DNA of 64,000 nucleotides from the human T2T-CHM13v2.0 reference genome, Homo sapiens: assembly GCF_009914755.1 (NCBI RefSeq), contig NC_060947.1; one strand, given 5' to 3'. Both the position numbers and the translations under genes were made by a program. How positions within the stretch are numbered: the stretch's first letter is position 1; the number at the start of each line of letters is the position of its first letter. Positions 14,180-26,951 of this stretch are shown one piece after another. The notes under the pieces are model-generated. The model was not told the DNA's origin, searched no databases, and saw only the letters and a list, made by a program, of their open reading frames with translations.

Positions 14180-14684
14180 ACCCAGGGAAGTGCATTACTA
14201 ACAAGCAGTCCAGGTGTTACTTCTGAGCACAGTTTGAGAACTACTTCTAGAAACACAGGCTCTCAAATACTTTTTCAGTGATACTCTTTCTGGATTAACC
14301 AACTGTCCTAGGAACACAACCAACGAAGTTATACAAATAACCAGTTCAGCAAACAACTGATTGTGGAAATTGTTCTAATATAATTAAGCATGTCATCAAA
14401 TTGCTTTAAAGTGTATGAAAGAACTATAAAGAGATCACCCTGATAGCCTTGATGAGAACAATTCCATTGTCAGAAATTTAGCAGATTGAGACCAGGGAGG
14501 CAAAGTAAGTATGTGGCTTGAAGTCATGTCAACACTGAGTTTGAATCACAGCTTCTGCCATTTGCTAGCTGTGTAACTTTCAGGAAGTTCCTCAACCTCT
14601 CTGGATCTCAGTGTTTTCATCTATAAAAGATGAATAATTTATACTTACACTGAAGGCTAAGGATGAGAATGAGAAATAATGCAC

Positions 14685-15080
14685 TACATCAGATGAATCC
14701 CAGCTGAGGGACATTCTACAACATACCTGACCAGCACTCTTCAAAGCTGTCAAGGTCATCAAAAAGAGGGAAAGTCTGAGAAATTGTCACAGCCAAGAAG
14801 AGCCCAAAGAGACATGATAATCAAATGTAATGTGGAATCCTAGATGAGATCCTGAACCAGAAAATGTATATTAGATAAAAACTAAGGAAATCTGAATAAA
14901 TCTTGGGTGTTGGTTAATATTATTGTATCAAAATTGGTTTATTTCTTGTGACAAATGTACCATACTAATATAAGGTGTCAATAAAAGAACAAAATGGGGG
15001 TAGGGTGAATGGAAACTCTCTGTATATCTCTGTGACTTTTCTATAAATCTAAAACTATTCTGAATTTAAAAGCTTACTAC
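14685..15080 (+). mobile_element. L1MC-type 3' end inserted in a MIR (MIR at ~14500-14680)
   Basis: GAGGGACATTCTACAA...GTGACAAATGTACCATACTAAT...AAATCTAAAACTATTC. Confidence 0.7.
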
Positions 15081-16039
15081 CCCCAAAAAAGTGTCTAGCA
15101 TAGTAGTGTCCAGGCCAGAAGTACACAGTTAACAATTGTTGTTACTAATTTTGTGAATTGTACATTAGAAATGATGCTAACAAGAAGAACATCATCTTGA
15201 TTCAACATCTTTAGGAGGAACTATGAGCTTGAAACACTTGGACATCAGAGTTGAGAGAAGAGGACAAAAGGCAAGATGAATGGGCATGAAGACCCTCAAC
15301 CATGTTACTTCTGATTGGCTTTCTTTCTGGCATTATTCAAATTCTGTACTTATTTTATTCATTCATCTGTTCTCTGCTTTGAGCCCAACGTCTCCTATCT
15401 CTGCCCCAGAATATAAGCTCCTTGGAGGCAGAGACTTTGTCTTTGTCACTTCTTTATCCACCATACCCAACACAGCACCTAACATAGCATGGAAATTTTA
15501 TCTGAATTTACTACACTGAATGAAACGATTCCATTGGACATCAAAGGGCAGAGGCAAACACTCTGGACTGGATCCAGAGTCCTTTTTATACATGTTTTCT
15601 TCTCCTAGCTTCCTCGTAGCTCCCCACCTTTCAAAAAAAGAAAAGCAAACAAATACCAACCCCACTCTACTGACCAAGTAATTTACTTTAGGGAAAGAAA
15701 AGACTTCAACATTTGGGTCCAGATTTGCTCTCTTACGTTCTAGCTTACATTTGCAAATATGGGTGACATGGCTGAAACAGAAATGTCTTGGTAATTACTT
15801 GTGCTATATCACACCTCGTGTTTTCTAGTCAATTTAAGCCTCACAAAAATTTTGTTACATAAGCAGGGCAGATGCTTTTACCTCCACTATAACAAGAGAT
15901 ATAAAATATAAAGCTTTATATAAAAGAGATATAAAATTTTTATATGAAAAGATTATTTTTATAAAAAGATGTTTTTTAAAAGAAGGAAGGAATTTAAGGT
16001 GGCATCATCGTTTACCCAGCTAATTCACAGGGGATTATA

Positions 16040-16415
16040 TTATTCTTCCGGGGCTGCCATAAAAAAAATCCCACAGACAGTGATTTAAAAAACAGACTTG
16101 AATTCTCTCACAGTTCTGGAGGCTGAAAGTCCAAGATCAAGGTGCAAGTGGTTTTGGTTTCTGGTGAGCCCTCTTTCCTCAGATCACTGTGCTCTCCATG
16201 GTCCTTTGGGTATGGAGAGAGCGAGTTACAAGCCCTGGTGTCTATTCCTCTTATAAGGACACCAGTCCTCACCAGTCCTATCAGATTAGGGCCCCACTCT
16301 TAATGACCTGATTTGACCTTAATTACCTCTTTAAAGGCCCTATCTCCAATACAGTCACATTAAGGGTGAGGCCTTTCAACATATGAATTTGGGGGAACAC
16401 AATCCAGCCTATCAC
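16040..16415. mobile_element. MLT1-family MaLR LTR
   Basis: GGGCTGCCATAA...CTCACAGTTCTGGAGGCTGAAAGTCCAAGATCAAGG...GGGGAACACAAT. Confidence 0.85.
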
Positions 16416-16506
16416 CAGAATGTTCTCTGACAACAGGCAGAAGGGTTACCAGGATGAGCAAGGAGGAGCTAACACTTATGGAACAGGGAGGAACTAACCA
16501 TTAAAC

Positions 16507-16719
16507 CAGGGGTCAGAAAACTATGGCCTTTGGGCCAAAGTTGAGGGCCACCTTCAGGTTGTAAATAAACTTTCATTGGAGCACAGCCACATCCATTCAT
16601 TTACACATTGTCTGTGGCTGCTTTCATGTAGAGTTCAGTAGTTGCCATGGAGTCTATGGCCTACAAAGCCCAAAATATTTACTCTCTGGCCCTTCACAGA
16701 ATAAATGTTCTGACTCCTG
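16507..16719. mobile_element. MER58A-like (opposite orientation to the copy at 1516)
   Basis: TIRs CAGGGGTCAGAAAAC ... TTCTGACTCCTG. Confidence 0.8.
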
Positions 16720-18186
16720 AGTTAGATCAATATATGAGTGTTCATTTTCTCCATGACATAATGCCATAAAGTCAGTGTTCCTGTCACTTCACCAATGAAG
16801 CAGTGGAGGCTCTGAGAGATGACGTGATATCCACATCACACAGCTGACAGTCAGAGAGCCCAGAGTTGGAGCTCTACGACTCCAAAGGGTGCCCTTTCCA
16901 GGGCACCTCATCTCTGGGCCCAGGGCTTTTCTCCTAGGCTCGGAATGGTGTGTGGATATGGCTGCCAGCCTGTGGCCTAGGTAAGTCATCCCATCTGCAC
17001 AATGGCTTCCTACAATCCTCTCAGCCTCGAAGATCAAGAACAATTGTCATTCAGACCAGAATGTCCCATGGTTTCCATTCACACCTTATCAGCAGTTGAC
17101 TATAGCTATTTTTGGCCCTCGGTTTCTTGAAATTTTATTTTGTTTTGGTTTATGTTTTATGTTGCGGCATGTGTTTTATATGACTAAGATTGACTTAGAA
17201 AGCAGATCATTTGCATTAGGGAGCCTTGCAAATAATATGTAGACCTTAAGAGGTTTCTAGGGATAATTTTGGGACTTTTAGCCCCAAATGCAATTGTTGG
17301 TACTTTTCATTATTAAACAGAATGTTTCCTTTTCATTTCAGCATTCAATATTGAACTCCTGGTGCTTTCCTTATTGTAGGAATAAAAGAAGCAAGTGAAT
17401 ACAACTCAGGTTCCTCTTTATGGACATTTGTCAATAGAAAACAGTTCCAAGATCCTCTTTGAATTAGTAGAGGCATTTCCCAAATTATTTACACAAGAAT
17501 CCAGAGCTTTTTCATTAGGCCTATGTTAGAATCTAAGGAAGCAAAACAGCAATTGGGATTAATTTTACTATTGGCTAATGGATTACTTCCTGTTTCCAGC
17601 TTGTTGATCTTCCTGTCCATACAGACAAATGATTTGCCTGGAGATTCATGCTGCTTTTGTCTGTTCAGCATCATTTCCTCTGAGGAACATCCTCTCCCCC
17701 ATTTCAGGTGGTCCCAGGTGGGCTGTCAATCACAACACACCAGACCTAGCCAATCATATTGCCTCACCTCCCCAGACACAGTAATTGATTCAGGGGAAAG
17801 AATGTGACCCAGTCAGAGCAAATTCCCCCAAATGTTAAAGAAGTTAGGAGAGAGGCCTTCAAACTAAGTGGCATCAGGCCAAGAGATAGAGGCAGAATGA
17901 CTGGATCCAGCCCTTCCTGAGGCTTTACCCACCCCAGACTTCCTAAGAGTGTGATCCCAAAATTTCTTTTTCTGCTTAAGTTAACTCAAGCTGGACTTCT
18001 CACTCAAAATCCAAAATGTGCTCACTAATATAACATGCTTCCAGGTTTTCTGAGTGTCCCTCAGAAACATGTGTCAGCAACTTCCAGAGGACATAGGGCA
18101 CTGAGCATTGGGATCCATGGGTCCTTATCTTAGCTGCAATCTTAGAGCCCTTAGGTCATCCCTATGCCAAGTTGGAGGGCTTTTGA

Positions 18187-18936
<750 letters not shown>

Positions 18937-19428
18937 TAGATTCCTTAACTGTCACTTAAAGTGTTATCTATGACTCAGAATTTCCTAACATAAATTCTAT
19001 AACCTCCCTCCTTTCCTCAGGAAAGTTACCAACTGAGGCCTACTCACACCAAAACTCTGATCCTAGTGGCTGTGAGATGTCTGAATGCTGTTTAAACTGT
19101 GCACTTACATGTGTTTGCAGGTAGTGATAAATAAGAACTCTTCTTTGTTGTCGTGCTTATTCACAGTTTAACTTGGCTTCCTCTGCTTCAGACAGAAGGG
19201 AACTGAAGTAAATTCTTAAGACACACAAGGAAAGAAAGTTCTTTGCGCTGAAGGCGGTTCGCCAAGGTGCTAATTCCATCTTTGGTAGGTTTCTCCCAGG
19301 ACTGTGTTCCTCATCCAGGAATTTCCCTGAGCTTGATGGGTCACACGTCCAAATTCCAGCTTTGAATAAATAAACCAACTAAAGTGCTCAGTTGCCTCAG
19401 GGATTAGCAGAGCAGTTCACGAACTTCC

Positions 19429-19446
19429 ATCGCCCCCCAGTGGCAA
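19429..19446 (-). promoter_or_regulatory. CTCF-like motif
   Basis: Minus strand TTGCCACTGGGGGGCGAT, close to the CTCF core CCAC(T/C)AG(G/A)(G/T)GGCGC. Confidence 0.6.
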
Positions 19447-20975
19447 TTAGTTGGATCTTTTTGTTAGGGATTTTCTTATGCTTAAAATTTAGGTTATCGT
19501 TCTCCCCTCCAAAGTTGTTTTAAGTTTTTGTTTGTTTGTTTGTTTAATTCTCACACTGAAGATTATAAAGTCTTTGTGTGGAGGTATGTTGGTAATGTCA
19601 AATTAATGGCTTCTGGGTCACCAGGTCATAGACGGATAAGATGTAGTATCTGCTTTCATGGTTCTAAGTAAAAGACTGATTTTCAACCTGGTCTCTATTC
19701 TGAGGCTCCATCCTGAGAGAAGGTGAAAATAAGCAGCACTAAATCACTAAATCCAGAAAGGACTCTCAGTGGGTGGCATCAAGGTAACCTAGAGAGCCAG
19801 TTAGCCTTGGTTGCATATAGATGAGAACTCAGCCACCCACAGTGATAGTATCTACTCTGAAAACAAGATATAGGCTATGTGAGATTCCAAAAATAAAAAG
19901 CAGAAACTGTGTTGAGGGAGAAAGCTTATATACATATGAAGTAGCCAAGAAACACTTTTCTAGCATAATAAATTCATAAATTCATGCAACATACAGTCAA
20001 TGATTTTTGATAGCTAGCATAAAGTACTTCACCTTGTTTTATAGAAAAAGAAGAAGTGGAATTTAGGAAAGTTTAGACTGAAGAGGCTTATCTTCAACTC
20101 AAAAAAGGGAAGGTTCTTGCCTCCCTGCCCACAGTGGAGTTAGTACTTAAGCTTATTTTTCAGATCATAGTAAATTCCTTTGGTTCACCACCTGCCATGC
20201 TCCACCCCCACACCCCTTTTAAATTTAAAACCAGGTTTGTAGTCCTTTAAATAATACTGACCCAGTTCTAAATTCCTACACACCAAACAGTCCTGCCAAT
20301 GCTAAATCCTGAGTAGAAGTGTTTGTCCTTCAGCTTCCTTTACTCAGAATTTGTCTCCTTTCCAGCCAGAACATTCTCCTTCCCTGGCCACCCCTCTCCC
20401 CTTGGCTTTGGAAGGCAAACTTTACCTAATCTGTTTTGTTTAAGAATCCTAAATCTTAGTGGTTTAAGGGCCTCAGTATTAGTACACACAAGCACACATA
20501 TATAAATTTAAGAACAAAGAATGTTTTATTATCAGCTCATTGTATTTTGTATAATATTTGTTTAATAAATTCACCCTTAAAGTATAAGCCTCTGTCAGTT
20601 AGGCCTGGCCTCCCCATCTCCTGGACCCCAAGGTCTTATTCACTTGAATCTCCCAGTCCATGGTCCATGGAATATCAAGTTTCCCTGAGTTATATGTTAC
20701 TCCTCAGGGACTTAGGCTCCTATGGTCACTTCTGCCTCTGGACTCCTCTCTCTGCTTGTGCTGGCTCAGTTTACATTGACCTAGAGGGGAAACTCTGCCC
20801 CTTTATCATCTTCTATGAAAACCCATTCACTAAATTACTTGCTGATTTTGTAAAACACTCATAACAAAATAGAGATATATGGATACTTCTTAAACATGAC
20901 AAAAAACTTTATGCCAATCTAAAAGTTCGCAAAATGCTTAATGGATAGACACTAGACACTTTTCCACAAAAATTA

Positions 20976-21370
<395 letters not shown>

Positions 21371-21538
21371 AAAGAAATTAGAGGCATTAAAGTTGGACGG
21401 GAGGAAGTAAAATCATTATTAGTTGAGATTATATGAAATAATCCCTGGAAAATCCAAAATAAACACACAAACATTAAGACTAAAGACAAGAGAATCCAAA
21501 ACATAGGAGAGTATAAAATGGATGTAGTCATTGGAGCT

Positions 21539-21988
21539 TGTCTTTAGTCCATTTTGTGTTACTACAACAAAATACCTGAGGCTGGGTAGTTTATAAAGAA
21601 AAGAGGTTTGTTTGGCTTAGAGTTCTATAGGCTGTTCAAGAAGCATGGAACCGGCATCTTCTCAGCTTCTGGTGAGGGCTTTCATGTTGAGTCAGCAGAG
21701 AAAGTCAAAGGCAAACCAGGCACATGTGAAGAGAGAGTAAACATGAGGGGGATCCTCACTTTGTAACAATCCTGCTCTTGCCGGAACCAATCCATTCCCG
21801 AGAATTAATCCAGTCTTGTGAGAGTGAGAACCCACTACCATTAGAAAGTCACCAAGTCATTCATGAAGGATTTACCCCATGACCCAGACATCTTCCATTA
21901 GGCCCCAGCTCCCAGCACTGCCACACTGCAGATCAAATTTCAAAATTAGCTTTGATGGGGACAAACAAGTCATATTCATACCATAGCA
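21539..21988. mobile_element. MST-family MaLR solo LTR
   Basis: TGTCTTTAGTCCATTTTGTGTT...AATACCTGAGGCTGGGT...CATACCATAGCA. Confidence 0.85.
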
Positions 21989-24139
21989 CAGCTATACCTT
22001 ATTCCTTTCACCAGGATAAGTTTCAAATATATAAATGGTTTAAAGGAAAAAGTGTAATTTTTTTAATTGAAGAAACTTGGGAGAATTTAGGACTTAAAAT
22101 ATTTTTAATTATGCCACAACATCCAGAAATCATAGAAGATTATAAAATTAAGATCCATAAAAACTACTCAAAGCAAAACTTAGCAGAAGCAAAAACAAAA
22201 AAAGATAATTTTAGAAAATATTCCAACCTCATAGTGTAGAAGAAAGGTTAATTTCCTTATAAAGAATGTCTACAAATCAATTTTTAAAAAAAGCAATACA
22301 CTGTGTTGATGAAGGTGTGGAAAAACAGGCACTCTCATCCACTCCTGAGGGAAGCTACAAGGGGTACAACCACCTATCTCGGGTCATTTAGAAGTGACTA
22401 TCAAAGTTTTAAAAGCACATTCCCTTTGACCCAGTCATTTTAATTCTAGGTATTACAAAGATATGCTCACACAGTGTGAGAAATGATGTAAGCACAATAT
22501 TACTCATTGTAGTATTGTCGTAATAGGAAAGTATTGGATATAACATCAATTTAGTTGATTAGTAAGGGACCAGTTACATAAACTGTATTAATCTATATGA
22601 TGGAATAGTGTACATGTCCTAAATAAAAACAAAATGGAACACTGTATGTACTGATATGAAAATTTACATTTTAATTCTTGAATCTGTTAAATAAAAAGAA
22701 AGATGGATATGGAAAACCTCCAAGATATTTTAGGTGAAGAACAACAGTTAAATCCCTATATAAAGTATGCTACTACTTGTGTTTTAAAAATGGGGTCCCT
22801 CAAAGCACATTTCTTGGAAAACTGCATTTCATGTGGTGGTGGTAGAGGATGGTTTGTCAACTTGTCTTTTGCGGGTTTAATCTTTCAATCCCACTTTACA
22901 ATGAGTCCAAACCACTCAAAGAGCCTTCCCTTCCTTCCTTTAAAGCTACTCATGCCTTGCCTTATTGATTTTCCTTCCATTACTCCTATTTTCTCCAAGT
23001 CATTAATTCACAATGTTTAGAATAAAAAAATAAGACTGCCAAGGAGGAAGAAATTTAGGTTGGCTAGTGATGCATTCTCTTCCTAATAGGAAAGCCAAAC
23101 TAAAGTCGCAAAGTTCTTTGGTAAATTTGGAATGAGAGCAAAGAAAACCAAAGCCTTGAAGGATTTTACCATCCATTCTTATGTCTTAACATCCAACCAA
23201 ACCTGATAATTTACATTTCTTTATCTGCAACCAGCTCTTTCCTGAGTTCTAATTCTGTGTTCTGAACCGCTTCTGGGATTTCACTGCCTAGATAACCATT
23301 ATCATCTCAAGTGCAATGTGTCTAACCTGAACTCATCTTGCCCCTAACCCTAAATATTTCTCAAAATCAGCAGCCATTTTTTTACTCCTGTCTTCTTATT
23401 TACTTCACCTTAGCTTTCTCTTTATGCAGTAAGGTGGTAATTTCAAACAACTGTAATCTACCATGCTCCTCCTTTTTAAAAGAATAATATGTCAGAAGGT
23501 CTTTGGTTACAGTTTATGCTTTAAAAATTGGAGGGCAAATCCAATACCCACTGGAAATTTCATTAACATAACCCCGTGGTTTCCCCATTTCTCTCTACCA
23601 TTGGTAACCAAATCCACTACTAATTATTTCCATAGGGAAGAAAACATGAAATTCCTCACTCCTCTAGGCAAGACTATACTGATATCTCTCCTGCCTGTGT
23701 GGGTGGTGATTCACATGGCTCTCCAGAGCTCCTCCCCAAAGCAATGTTCACTTCACCCATTCTTACCAGTGCTATTCCCATCTTTTTTGGCACATCATGT
23801 TAAATCTAGTGACTCATAAAGGCCCACTTGTGGCAACAACTGGATCAGCAACTTAATCATAATAACTTCAATAATAATAACAGTTTTCACCACTCGAAAA
23901 TAGCGAGTCCCCGCCCCCATTTCTGCTTCTGAATGATTGTGTGTGTTGGTTTGGGGTAGGTAGAAAGAAGGGGCAATGAGTTAAATAGTCCCAGTGTAGT
24001 TACATAATGCACACTACATGCCAGTATGTTTGCATGTGTGTATATATACATATATTGAGCAAGCTGAGAAAGTAGAAGCCCATGCTCTAGCTGCCAGGTA
24101 TCAAGCAGAGGAAGTTTCTGGCCTTTGGTTTTCCAAGAA

Positions 24140-24362
24140 TAGGGTCCCTCCACTTTAATATTATTGACATTTGGGGCCAGATAATTCTTTGTTACTAGAG
24201 TTGGCCTTTGCCTTGTAGGATGCTTAGCAGAATGCCAGACTTCTATCCACTTGATTTCAGTAGCAACCACTACCCTCAGTGTGACAATCAAAAATGTCTC
24301 CAGATATTGTCAAATACCCCCAGGATAGGGACAGCAAAATCAGCTTTAGTTGAGAAGCACCG
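24140..24362. mobile_element. MER20
   Basis: ATTGACATTTGGGGCCAGATAATTCTTTGTT...TGTGACAATCAAAAATGTCTCCAGA. Confidence 0.85.
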
Positions 24363-24746
24363 CCATAGAGGGAATCAGGGCCCTGTCTCCTATCAAATCT
24401 CATACCTGCTGAATTTCCCAGCATGAGAAGAGGCTGGGCAACCTCCCTGTTGGCATTCACCAAAGAATAGCCTTAAGTTTTCTGAATTGACCTAATTGCA
24501 GGCCCATTAGTGCCCACTCAGACCACCTTGGCAGGTATCAAGGAAAGTCCAGTCTTAAATAAGTACAGCTATAAATTAAAGAAACTTTCTCAAAAAGCAA
24601 TGCCCTGCATGCATCTGGAGACATGAAACAAAGGTTCCATAAGAAACTGGGAGTGTACATCTGGAGACATGAAACAAGGGTTCCTATAAGAAACCGGGAG
24701 TGATTCCTCATATAAGGTAGTCATCCACAATCAGTGAATTAATTAA

Positions 24747-25041
<295 letters not shown>

Positions 25042-25509
25042 AATTAATTCAATTTTTAGAGGTCTATGTGAAGAAACCCTCGACTCTCATCAAAACACAA
25101 AAAAGCTTGGGACTTACCAACTAATAATAATATATCCTCTAAAGTTATTACAATGGTTGTGAGAATATTAAACAGAATGATAACCTCTGGCCATCTCTAA
25201 TTTTATTGGCAATAAATCCCTTTAAGGAAAAGTAGTGTTTATTTCCAAGAGCAAGAGGTAACCCTGGCCTTTGATGTAGACACGGTCCCTCTGAGTACAC
25301 ATGTGATGAATGCTGGCAGACTCCATGGAACACAGACCTATTGGTGGGGGGTCTACTGGCTATGTCTTAGGAACTTACCTTCATTCATTTAGGCCTTAGC
25401 AAAGATCACAGTCTATGAAGTTCATGGGCAGTGCTGGCACAGAACCAAGTGAAGGTCTCCAGGCATAACTAGAAAGTGGTGAAGAGCAAAGTTGAGAAAA
25501 ACAAGCTAT

Positions 25510-26250
25510 CTCTATTGTCAGATCAAATAATTCTTCTTTTTAAAAACCCTTCCATGGCTTCACATTTCAATTAAAAGAAAATGTCACTTCCTCCTCATGG
25601 CCTATGGCATGATCCAGCCCCAACATCACCTCCTACTATTCTGCCCCCAACTCATTCTGTGTGGGCCACACTGGTCTTTCCCTGTTCTTTCTGATCTCAG
25701 AACATTTTACCATGGCATTCTCATTGTCTGGACCACTCTTTGCATTGATCTTCACATGGCTGGGTCCTTCTCAACATTCAGGTCTCAGCTAAAACGTCAC
25801 CCTTCTCAGAGAGGTCTTTGCTGACAACCATATCTGAGAAGGTATCCTGAGCTCTCAATCTGTATCGTGCACACTGATCATCTGGGGATCATGTTACAAG
25901 ACAGACTTTGACTCAGTGGTTCTGGGGAGGGACTTGAAATTCTGCATTTCTAACAAGCTCCCGAGGAATACAAATTTTCTGCTCCACAGATCATCTACCC
26001 ACAGGGGTGGGTAGACCCCCATGCCTCAATCTTTGTCACACTACCTGTGTCATTTAATTGGTGGCTTTTATCAGGATCTTAAATTATTTATTTATCTGTT
26101 TGTGTTGGATTGTTTGTTGTCCAATCTATTCATTTACTAGAATGTAAATTCCCTGAGAGCAAGGAGTCTGTCTAGCACTTTTAAATTCTCAGCACTTCCC
26201 ACAGTACCTGACACATCATAGGTGCTCCATAAATATTGCTGAATGAGTGA
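25510..26250 (+). mobile_element. L2 3' region with a nested MER5-like element (~25850-25990)
   Basis: L2 3' terminus CAGTACCTGACACATCATAGGTGCTCCATAAATATTGCTGAATGA. Confidence 0.75.
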
Positions 26251-26951
26251 AACATCACTCATTCAAGATTCATTGACTCTGTGATCCCTTCCAGTGTCTG
26301 CTTCTGACTGCTTCAGTGAGCACTCAATTATACAACAGAAACTACACTGTAATGATAGGGCAGTGCTACCCAAGTGCCAGTCCAGAAACTGCTAGTTATT
26401 GGCCAACACTGAATTAAGAATCTTGTACTATAATATAAATCTGCTATGCCACTAAGCACAATTTTATCTGAGATGAGACATTTTTCATAGTAAGACTTTC
26501 TGGATGAGGCAAGCAATGCTTTGCCTTGCCTTGTGGTGAAAGCTCCTCATCTCATATTAGAAGGGTAACAGTGTGTGAACTGGTCCCCACTGGCAAGACA
26601 CATTTTGAGTTGTGCTGATATAGCGGATATAAAGCCAAATAAGATCTATTTTTTAACTTCAGAAAATCCATACATAGGTAAGAGAATTACACATTCAAAT
26701 ACATAACTGCAAATCTTTTGTCAAGTGCTATAATACGGAATTAAGTGGAAGAACTCAGGAATTGTAGAAAAAAACAAATAATTGGTCTTTTGTGCTCCCC
26801 CTTAGTCACACCTTTCCTGACACCTGCTCTCATTATAACCACAAACCCTCCCACCATACCCCTTCCTCCTGATCACATACCACTCATCTGGGCATGTTCT
26901 TCCCCTTGGGCCCTGAAACACTGAAGTTACAGGACCAGGCTTGGGTCTTCT

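Noticed and set aside
15890-15980. Repeated AAGAGATATAAAA in an AT-rich stretch
   Set aside because: Low-complexity slippage with nothing pointing to function.
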